Source of the DNA: Macrostomum lignano
Taxonomy: Eukaryota
Direction of reading: 5' to 3'
NCBI GenBank assembly: GCA_002269645.1
Contig: NIVC01003931.1
Coordinates: 1-31,830, forward strand
DNA length: 31,830 nucleotides
Shown piece after piece: positions 1 through 8,668 of the stretch (the first letter of the stretch is position 1; every line of letters starts with the position of its first letter). Position numbers and translations under genes: made by a program. Under the pieces are notes generated by a model. It searched no databases. It was given only the letters and a program-made list of their open reading frames with translations, and had not been told where the DNA came from.

Positions 1-2
1 TT

Positions 3-113
3 AACTTCTACGGCTGCTGCACTGCTAAGGATAGAAGAGAGCGCAAGTCTGCAGAGGAGCTGATGCAGCACGAGTTTCTGACGTCAAATTGGCACACTCT
101 TGCAATCGTTTAA
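3..113 (+). CDS. 3' end of a Ser/Thr protein kinase (subdomain XI region); partial, runs off the window
   Basis: Frame 3 reads NFYGCCTAKDRRERKSAEELMQHEFLTSNWHTLAIV*. This matches the kinase subdomain XI pattern C..KD...R.SAEELL.H.FL. Stop TAA at 111-113. Confidence 0.55.
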   Translation, partial: NFYGCCTAKDRRERKSAEELMQHEFLTSNWHTLAIV

Positions 114-209
114 AGTGCTTTTGTTAATTTAACATCTGCTTCGACTGCAGAATGTAATATTTATTCATTTATTCATAGTTTCTTTAAGAGTTCGAAAGAG
201 TAAACAAAT

Positions 210-399
210 GTCTGGATGAAGCTGTAAGGCTGAGCAGTGGGTCTGGATGACGGTGTGAGGCTGAGCAGTTGGTCTGGATGAAGTTAAGTGGTTACCGTGA
301 TGTCGTAATGAGGCAATGTTACTGCTAGTTACCGTGATGACGCAATGATCTTGAAAATCAAGTAACTCAAATCAATTATAACTCATAAATAAATTTGTG
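210..399. repeat. Dispersed duplicate of 14744-14978, containing ~30-bp GTCTGGATGAAGCTGTAAGGCTGAGCAG tandem units
   Basis: Visible alignment with 14744-14978 (GTCTGGATGAAGCTGTAAGGCTGAGCAG ... GATGACGCAATGATCTTGAAAAT ... ATAAATAAATTTGTG). The last ~30 nt also recur at ~31088-31113. Confidence 0.9.
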
Positions 400-617
400 T
401 GTATGAATATACTTTACCATAAATAAACAAATATTGCAATCGTTACTCTCTGAGTAAGGTGTGTTAGACACGCCGGAGGGTGCCGCTGTACATGCCTCTG
501 AACTCTGGCGGGGGTTAAGGTGTGGGGGTGTTGGCCGCGCCGGCCAGCTTAAAGCCTCTGCACCCGGCCCGGCTTGTCTCCGCCGCCATTTCTCAATTTT
601 TTTGCTCAGCCACCGCC

Positions 618-1851
618 ATGAGTGCCAGCCCAAAGTGACAAAACGTGCGCCAACTCAATGCTGAGTTGCGAAACAGAGGCCTGCCTACTATGGGCCGCAA
701 ACAACAGCTCTCCAAGCGCTTGTCCACTGCACTCGGTTTAGAGCGAGCTGACGAAGACTTCAACAACTCCAAGATGACTTTTGCTCCGGACGCCGAGGAC
801 GGCATCGGCAGCGCAGCGAGGCGCCTCCGGGGGCGGAGAGTGACCGGCTGGCGGCGCTGCAGCAGGAGGTGGAGCTGCTCGAACTGCAAGTCCTGGAAGG
901 CCGTCGTCGAGATCTTCAGCAACAGCTTCACACTCGCAGCGCTTGACGGCTCAGCCCCAGCCAGCATTATCATCAGGTGAGAAAAACGCAGATGCCAGTC
1001 TGCAGTTGCCCGAAGTTTTTGAATCTGGGATGAGGGAGGCGGCTCAGCTTCAGGCCGCTAATTGCCAGGCTCCGACTCGCAAGTTGCATCTCGTCAGAGA
1101 CTACATCAAGCTAGCCAGAGGACCCGGCTCTGAAAGTCAGGAGCAACTGATCGCCACAATGGAGAATGACTCTCTCACATTCAGAAAGCAGGAGCCGAAG
1201 CTGTCTAGTATCTCTGCGGGTCAGTGGATCGCGGCCAACTCGATCATCTTGCAAAAGCTGATCAAGGAAAAACTCCCGGCGGCTGCTGGAAGCACTGATG
1301 GTCTCCTGACTGACGTCCTTGGCTACCTTGACTACAATCGCAAGATCAGAGAGCTGCTGGCCGCTGACTACCCGGAGTCCGTAATCTGGGAGTTTGACGA
1401 GGACTACCGGAGGCTGGTGGCGGAGTCGGGCATGGCGTGGGGTGAGGAGCCCCCTCAGCTGTACCACAAGCACCTCAACGCCCCCAGAAACCTGCGATTT
1501 AGGTTCGCTAAGCAGCCCAGCCAGCGGAAAATCCCGGCAGCATCCAGGCCGATCTGTCTTCGTTTCAACTCCGAGTCGGGGTGCAGCCGCCAGAACTGCA
1601 AGTTCCGCCACGTCTGCAAAATCCAAGGCTGCCTGGCATCGCACCCAGCCCACGCTCACACGCAGTCGCCGCACCCATCTCTCACCGGACAGCTGTGCGA
1701 GTGCAAAAACGGATGCCATTTTATCCAGCTGACAGCTCTGTTTTTATTTCCGAATTCTCTGCTTTTACTTCTTCGCTGCCCATCTCGTCTGACCTGCAAC
1801 CTGACGCCTGGAGTGCTCTGCTCAGCGACGACCCAGACTATAATTTTCTGA
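618..1851 (+). pseudogene. Gag-like ORF1 of the YR retrotransposon (SAP-like motif, coiled coil, C-terminal Cys/His knuckle); disrupted
   Basis: ATG 618 in CACCGCCATG context, in-frame TGA at 636-638, then VRQLNAELRNRGLPTMGRKQQLSKRL (SAP-like). A coiled coil RLAALQQEVELLELQVLE follows in another frame, then ORF 943-1851 with CLRFNSESGCSRQNCKFRHVCKIQGCLASHPAHAH. Confidence 0.8.
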
Positions 1852-3060
1852 TGCAAGGCGTCGTCAACAGTCTCGCTCTCACCAATGCTGGCCAGCCGCC
1901 TTTGAATTCGTCCAAGAACCACGCCTCCGCCCTGCTGCACTGCTCTGCTGTGGAAGCCCAGGTCGAGGAAGAGCTGCGCTTTGGGAGGTACATCCGGTGG
2001 AGCGGCCCGATCAAAGTCAACCCCATCGGCGCCCTTCCCAAGTCCGACGGACGGGTCCGCCTGATCCATGGCCTGCTGACTACCCGCTCGTCGGCCTCGC
2101 CTGGCGGTTTGACTCGGACAGCCAGGACAGTCTGCTCTGCGATACCAGGCTTCCCTTCGGCGCCAAAGCTGCTTGCGAAGTTTTCCACCGTCTTTCAGCC
2201 GCCGTTACCCGACACATGCACCGGCTTGGCTTTTCTGCTACGGTGAATTACCTGGATGACTGGGCAGTCGCTGGGAAATCCGAGTCCGAGGCTTTCGCTG
2301 CTTTCAATTGCCTGCTGGACATCTTGCAGCGCCTCGGCTTTACCATCAACTGGGACAAGGTTGTCAGACCTACGCGAGGCATCGACTTCCTTGGTGTGCG
2401 CATCAAAACCGCTACTGGCACCACGTCGCTGCCCGAAGAGATAGCTCTCGAGAAGACAAAGCTGCTGAGTCAAACCTGCTTTGAGACTCGGGTGCACCTG
2501 CGCTCTGCTCAGAAGCTGATTGGCAAGCTTGGCTGGTTCTGTCAGATTGTCCCTCATGTCAGAGTCATCCTGCGTCCGTTGACTGCAAGCTTTGAGTGAC
2601 CGATGAGACCCGCGCCAAACTGTCTTGGTGGCTCAGAGCCCTGGCTTGGCTCCCCCCGGTGTCTTTGTGGCCGCGCTTTGATGAGGAGTTTGCCATGGAG
2701 ACTGACAGCAGCCGGTCGGGCGCAGCCGCAGTCATCTGGGGTGCCGATAGTTTCTGGGGTGTCATCAACTGGGAGCTGGACTGCGGTGGTGTGTTCAATG
2801 ATGCTCATATCAGCTTCAAGGAGGCTCTGGCACCTTTGCTGATCATCCTGCACCGTCGCTCTCAGCTAAAAAAACTGAAAATTGTCATCTACACCGACAG
2901 CACCGCTGCGGCTGGCATGATCATTCGGCTGAGCTGTCGTGACCCGCGGTTCCTGCAGGTGTACCAGACTGTGGCTCTGCTGTGCATCAGGAACAGCATC
3001 AGTTTGGAGGCCTTTCACCTTCCTGGTCGCATGTAGATTTTTGCTGATGCCGCTTCCCAC
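1581..3060 (+). pseudogene. Reverse transcriptase + RNase H of the YR retrotransposon; deleted and frameshifted
   Basis: KNHASA, PIGALPKSDGRVRLIH, DTRLPFG, NYLDD, DKVVRPTRGIDFLG, QKLIGKLGW. RNase H motifs ETDSSRSG, HISFKE, YTDSTAA, HLPGR. Frameshifts near 2070 and 2597; stop at 3034-3036. Confidence 0.9.
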
Positions 3061-3119
3061 ATGTTTGCCTCGCAGTTTGAGCTCATTAACTTTTGCACCG
3101 TACGCTCATGATCTTCCCG

Positions 3120-4103
3120 CTTGAGTTTGCGTCGCACGCGCTCTCTGCCGCTTCTCAATCTCGCCACCTTTTGCAGGTCGCCCTCGCCCTCCGGAGATGC
3201 CGCCCGCCCCCTGCGCTGTGTCCGCCGGACACCTGAGCCACCTCGGCCTGGCGGAGAACTCCTGGCGATCCTAACTCAGCTAGCTGCGCTCTTGGGAAGC
3301 CTTCTGTTTTGGCACAGGCCGCCCTTCATCTCCAGCTGACGGTGACCTGCTCTGCCGCTTACATCGCGCACCTGGTGATCACCCGGCTCCGGTCCTTCTC
3401 CAGCCTCCGATCGTTTCTGCACCAAGCCACCGGCGCCCCCGACCCAGCGAAAGACTTCACCGTGCAGCTGGCCCTCCGCGGCGCCAAACGTCATCTGGGC
3501 CTGTGATGTAAACAGGCGAAGCCGCTGACCATCGAGCACCTCAAGAGCATCCATCAGCAGCTCCCGCGCTCCATCTCAAGCGCAGATCTCTGGGCCGTTT
3601 TCTGGGCGGCTCTCCTGGTGGGCTGGTGGGGCATGTTGCGCCTTGGCGACTTCCTATCGGCCCGCGGCAGCCACTCTGTCTAGCGGGCCTGCCTGTCGGC
3701 TTCATCTGGCTGCTGGAAGTTGGCCCTCCCTAAGTCCAAGACCAACCAGTTCAGGTCGACGCCGCATGTCGTTCTTCTGCCACCTGTTCAAGAGTCACCG
3801 CTCTGCCCTGTGCGCGCCCTGCGGTCTCACCTGCACCTGTCACCAACCAGCGACTCAATGACGCCACTCTTTGGCTGCGGCCACGGAGGCGAGCTCTCAG
3901 CCAGCCAGTTCATCAGCTGTCTTCGTGTGTGCGTGTCTGGCTGCGTGCGGCCTCCCAGCTGCTGGTTTCTCCCGCCACAGCATCTGGCGAGGGGGTGCCA
4001 GCTTCTGCCATCAAATCGGATTGTCAGAATCGGACATTCGGGCCCTGGAGGCTGGAGATCAGACGCTGTTCTCCGCTACTTTTCAGCCAGCTCTACCCTG
4101 TAG
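3120..4103 (+). pseudogene. Tyrosine recombinase (YR) of the retrotransposon; disrupted
   Basis: LRGAKRHLG, KPLTIEHL, WGMLRLGDFL (first catalytic Arg), LPKSKTNQF, PLCPVRAL, PLF, RHSIWRGGAS (HxxR box with R to W), GGWRSDAVLRY (catalytic Tyr), spread over several frames. Confidence 0.9.
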
Positions 4104-4555
4104 CGCCGCCAGCGCTCCGCTTCTTTCATGGCTTCGCAGCTGCAGGCTGCATCCACCAAATTCTACTTTCCCCTGCTTTCACTCCTTCCAGCTTCCCCTT
4201 CATTGGGGTTGGGATCCGCTTACTCGGCCGCTGCCTGCTATTTCGCAACTGCTTTGTCTCGCTTGGCTCCTTCCGGCGTGTTTAATTTTGTAACAATCAA
4301 GGTTTGAAATAGCGTAAAACGATAGCATCTGAGCGTGATTTGCGGTCATCCATTCAGGGTCAGATTTTTGTTTTATATAAGCAAAGTTTGAATATGCAAA
4401 GCTTCGGTAGCTGAAGTATTAGTTATGAAGGTGTACTTTTTGTTTAAAGCAATTCGAAATGTTGAGAAGTTGCATAAATTAAAACTGGGTAGAGTCAGCG
4501 GATGTGCCTGTACTAATATTTCTCGAATCAAGATGAACTAAAGATTGAACAAATT

Positions 4556-4930
4556 GGCGTTGTAGGCTCAGCTGGTGAGTTGTGGCTAAAAATGCCAGCG
4601 GATGTGAATGGCGTTGTAGGCTCAGCTGGTGAGTTGTGGCTAAAAATGCCAGCGGATGTGAATGGCGTTGTAGGCTCAGCTGGTGAGTTGTGGCTAAAAA
4701 TGCCAGCGGATGTGAATGGCGTTGTAGGCTCAGCTGGTGAGTTGTGGCTAAAAATGCTAGCGGATGTGAATGGCGTTGTAGGCTCAGCTGGTGAGTTGTG
4801 GCTAAAAATGCCAGCGGATGTGAATGGCGTTGTAGGCTCAGCTGGTGAGTTGTGGCTAAAAATGCCAGCGGATGTGAATGGCGTTGGAGGCTCAGCTGGT
4901 GAGTTGTGGCTAAAAATGCTAGCGGATGTG
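4556..4930. repeat. 54-bp minisatellite, 7 copies
   Basis: Unit GGCGTTGTAGGCTCAGCTGGTGAGTTGTGGCTAAAAATGCCAGCGGATGTGAAT starts at 4556, 4610, 4664, 4718, 4772, 4826 and 4880. Confidence 0.97.
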
Positions 4931-5148
4931 GCAATGCATGTTGAGTACGCGATTTGAATTTGTAATAAAAAGAATATAAGAGACTCTGCAGAAGTCTGTG
5001 GAAGCAAGGCAGAGGCGAATGAGTGGCATACCAAAACTTCAAACTTGGAACACGATGAGCATGAACCAAGCACCAGTCCTGGGCTGTGTAGAGGATAGTG
5101 AACCGGAAGCTGAGAAGAGAATGAGTGAAGAGTTCGCTTGAGCACACT

Positions 5149-5199
5149 AGAGAGAGAGAGGGAAAAAGAGAGAGAAAGAGAGAGAGGGAGAGAGAGAAG
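5149..5199. repeat. Imperfect (GA)n microsatellite
   Basis: AGAGAGAGAGAGGGAAAAAGAGAGAGAAAGAGAGAGAGGGAGAGAGAGAAG. Confidence 0.9.
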
Positions 5200-5336
5200 T
5201 AATTCTAGTGTCTAAACACTCGAACTCCCACTTCCAGACCTCAAGCCTGGGAACAAAGTTCAGTGATCACTTACTGGTGCGGGCTCCTCTTCTTTGTCGG
5301 GCCGGTTCTCCGAGCTCGTTTCTTCAATTCTTCTTG

Positions 5337-5764
5337 GGGCGCTTCATAAGACCTAAATTTCACAACGCCTAAAGCACATGACTTCACATCACCTAAATTT
5401 CATAACGCCTAAATTTCACAACGCCTAAAATCGAAAATGCAGCCTCCTTCACAACGCCTAAATTTCATATCGCCTAAATTTCACAACGCCTAAAATATAT
5501 GCAGCCTCCTTTACATCGCCTAAATTTCACATCGCCTAAAATATATGCAGCCTCCTTCACATCGCCTAAATTACACAACGCCTAAAACTGAATGTGAAGG
5601 AGAGAAGCAAAGATTTTAGGCGTTGTGAAATTTAAGCGATATGAAATTTAGGCGATGTGAAGGAGGCTGCACTTTTGATTTTAGGCGTTGTGAAATTTAG
5701 GCGATGTGAAAGAGCGTGCAAATATTTTAGGCGTTGTGAAATTTAGGTCTTATGAAAGCGTCCC
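5337..5764. mobile_element. Non-autonomous TIR element (MITE/foldback-like) built from ~17-bp subterminal repeats
   Basis: Left end GGGCGCTTCATAAGACCTAAATTTCACAACGCCTAAA versus the reverse complement of the right end GGGACGCTTTCATAAGACCTAAATTTCACAACGCCTAAA. Arrays of CAC(A)(A/T)CGCCTAAATTT switch orientation at ~5590-5605. Flanks TTG / TTA are a possible 3-bp TSD. Confidence 0.85.
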
Positions 5765-7057
5765 TTATTCTTCCTCCGGAGTAATCTTCTTTAATTCTAA
5801 AAATCGGTCAAATATGAGAACGTAACGATTTAATCCGTCGACGTCGAAGCATTCCTCGAGTGCAGAAACCAGAGATGCGCCCTAATATCAAAGTCAACTC
5901 TATAACAAGGACGAGGTCCTCCAGAAAGGGCGTCTTCTTCTATAAATAACGGAATCGGAGTCGTATGCCCCTTTCGGTTACTCTAGGGTACCAAATCAAA
6001 TCGATCGATAATCCTCTAAGAGTATTGGAATCGGTCCGAAGATCCTATCCAATCCCTTAGGAAAAGGGAGGCCTCAAGCTCAATAAACTCAGTAATTTCA
6101 ACTGAACAGCCGGTAATAAAATCGCTCTCAATAATCAAATAACAGACCCCAACAAAGCTTACCTATTGGTGTACTTCTCCCTCAGAGATGTAGCCTCTTA
6201 GTTCTTGGATGTTTTCAAGTCCTCTTGAGGCTGCTCCGAGTCTGAGATTTCAGCTCTGATTTTTAGTTTGTATTTATACACAATCTGTCGGCCTTAAGTC
6301 GACCTTGAGCTCAAAACCGTTTTTTTGATTGAGGTCAAGAAAGGAATTTTATTACTTGACAGGTGGAATTTTGAATAGAAAAGGGGGAGACTTGGGTCGC
6401 ATTCCGATTAACATTTACCATTTTACCATATTTGGAATTTCTAAAAGTAGATGTTGAGAACCGGTTTTTCGAGCAATAGGATAGTCACTCGCTGTTTTCG
6501 TGATATTACTGAAATGTGACGCATTATGACGCATTATGACGAGTATGACGCATAGCTATTTTTAAATTTTTGTTCACAAATTTAACTTACTACTTCTAGT
6601 AGGCTACCATGATTGGAGGTCTCTACAGGATATAGGAGTCTAGGCTTGGAGTAGAGGAGCAGCGGAAGCGGCAGCAAAGGGAGACGGAGAAGGGGAAGCT
6701 GAGCTTAATTCGCACTGAAAGCTAGTACATATATTATTTCTATAAGGCATTTCATTGGTGTTCGCTTCACGCAATAGGATCTTTACTGCCGCACAAGCAT
6801 GTGCTGTACTTTCCTGATGCATGTAGAAACACCTGAAGTTCGCTTCGGAATCCTATTCGAATTCTTGTAAATCTGATAATGCTAGAGTCGATAGTGAGGC
6901 AGCAATATGTGATTTGGTTGCTACTGCTGCCATTGTGCCTGCTGCAGCTGCCTTGATTGGTTAAGATAAAAAATAAATTTATTTACCGTTAATTCACTGT
7001 TCAGAAGCCGCTAAAATTCTTTCCTTTCGGCGGTGAAACTTTTCATTTTATTTGAAC

Positions 7058-7156
7058 TCAGATGGTGTCAGAAATCACAGAGTTCAGCAACCAGAGTGTT
7101 TCAGAAATCACAGAGTTCAGCAATCGGATGGTGTCAGAAATCACAGAGTTCAGCAA
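7058..7156. repeat. 33-bp tandem repeat (3 copies) downstream of the WSC-PAN gene copy A
   Basis: TCAGAAATCACAGAGTTCAGCAA occurs three times at 33-bp spacing and is absent from the homologous region of copy B (~28750-28825). Confidence 0.85.
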
Positions 7157-7205
7157 GCAGAAGGCTTCAGCAACCGAGACTCCTTGCTCCGAATCAGGCG
7201 GTCCC

Positions 7206-7435
7206 TCACACACGGATGGCGAACTTCCCAGCCTCGTTCTTCAGCACGTGCGGCAGAACGGGAAATCTCAGCAGGTGGCAGGCGTCCAGGTGGAACAGCA
7301 CGGCCTGGCAGTCAGCTTCGCAGCGATATACGCACTCAGTCAGACTCCTGACGGGCTGCTCATTGCGGTAGAAGGGCCCGCTGGTAGAGGTCACGTTCAC
7401 GTAGTCTCGGTCAGCCAAAGTAAAATGTTTGCTAT
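7206..7435 (-). CDS. Exon 2 of secreted WSC + PAN/apple-like protein, copy A
   Basis: Acceptor TTTTATTCCAG at 7446-7436, phase 1. Reads (D)SKHFTLADRDYVNVTSTSGPFYRNEQPVRSLTECVYRCEADCQAVLFHLDACHLLRFPVLPHVLKNEAGKFAIRV*. Cys spacing C-x3-C-x3-C-x9-C is PAN/apple-like and is conserved in copy B. Confidence 0.75.
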
Positions 7436-7848
7436 CTGGAATAAAAAAGAGATATCAGTGCGTCCCTACTGTGGTGGGACCAACACGAGTGCATCTCCTT
7501 CAAAATATCGATTGCAGTCGATCAAATTCTAAATCTGCGTTCATCTTTCGAAAAATGGCCCCGTGGTCGTTGAGCGTGTGTGAGTGCGTGCCTGCGGCAG
7601 TATCCGTGCTCTCGTACATGCTCAGGAGTCAGCGGAACGGGCTGAAAATCGACCAACCCTTGGTTGTGGGACGTCGTTTCCGATAGCGCTTTACCAGCCC
7701 TCCGGACAATACTTATCTACATGCATTTGTGTTTCATCAGAAATTCGGTTGGAATTTATGAACTGCCTTTTGTCGCTTGTTGGGTTATTCAATGCTGAAC
7801 TCAAGTAGAAGTACATCTAGATGTCTGCTAAACCATGGATGCTATGCT

Positions 7849-8668
7849 TACCACCGCCGCGGTAGCGACGCCAGACGGACCGTCGGAACTGTTTAGCACG
7901 ACCTCCGGAGTGCTACAGGGTGACACTCTGGCGCCCTTTCTCTTCGTGCTGGTGATGGACTGGGTGCTCAGGACCGGCCTGCCGACATCAGAGGACGGCT
8001 TTCTGCTGCAAAGGCGCACCAGTAGACGGCACCCGGGGAAGAAACTGTCTGTCCTTGGCTACGCGGACGACCTCGCCCTGCTGTCTTCGACGGCCGAAGG
8101 CGCCCAACGGCTGGTGGACGGCCTGACTGTGGCGGCGGCGAGGGTCGGTCTCGTCATCAACGCCAGGAAGACCGAGGTGCTGACGGTGCCACATGATCTA
8201 CCCGCCGAGATTCGACTTCGAGACAGTGATGGCCCCGGGACGGCGCTCCCGAAGTGCCTTCAGTTCGTCTACCTCGGCGGGCTGGTGCCTGACGTCGGCG
8301 ACGACCTAGCGAGACGGCGCGGCAAGGCGTGGGCTGCCTTCTGATCTGTGCGGGCGTTGCTGCTCTCCGAGGCCCTGTCCGACGGCGCCAGGTCCCAGCT
8401 GTTCCAGGCGGTTGTTGAGACCGCCCTGCTGTACAATGCTGAGATCTGGACGCTGACCGGGGCGCTTGAGGCGCAGCTCGACGCGGTGCATGCGGCTCTA
8501 GTCCGCGCCGCTTTCGGCGCCCGCCACGGCCCTGGCAGCGAGACAACCGAGTCCCTGTACAGGCGCACAGGCCTGACGCGGCCTTCTGCCCTGCTGAGTC
8601 AGCGGCGCCTGCGGCTTGCCGGACATGTCATCCGGGCCGAAGCCTACTGCCCAGAGCCGCGCACGCGA
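7849..8668 (+). pseudogene. RTE-clade reverse transcriptase fragment (5'-truncated, one in-frame TGA at 8342-8344)
   Basis: FSTTSGVLQGDTLAPFLFVLVMDWVLR, LGYADDLALLS, GLVINARKTEVL, FVYLGG, ETALLYNAEIWTLT, RRLRLAGHVIR. ORFs 7835-8344 and 8348-8698 share one frame. Confidence 0.9.

Larger units (their letters stand above)
464..4285 (+). mobile_element. Tyrosine-recombinase retrotransposon (DIRS order, Ngaro-like coding), degenerate
   Basis: Order gag - RT/RNase H - tyrosine recombinase, with no methyltransferase between RNase H and YR. Bounded by 21-bp imperfect inverted repeats: 464-484 TTAGACACGCCGGAGGGTGCC versus the reverse complement of 4265-4285, TTAAACACGCCGGAAGGAGCC (18/21). Confidence 0.9.

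Noticed and set aside
593-3554. Minus-strand ORFs over the YR element, and similar ones over the LOA and RTE elements
   Set aside because: Antisense shadows of GC-rich coding sequence with no independent motifs.
4556-5764. CRISPR-like reading of the 54-bp array and the 17-bp arrays
   Set aside because: No unique spacers, no cas genes, eukaryotic context; these are plain tandem or subterminal repeats.
7062-7532. 156-aa plus-strand ORF (MVSEITEFSN...)
   Set aside because: Antisense shadow of the PAN exon plus the 33-bp repeat; the homologous stretch in copy B is open for only 63 codons.
7835-7848. ATG start (MDAML) for the RTE RT ORF
   Set aside because: These codons come from host intron and TSD sequence; the element is 5'-truncated at 7849.
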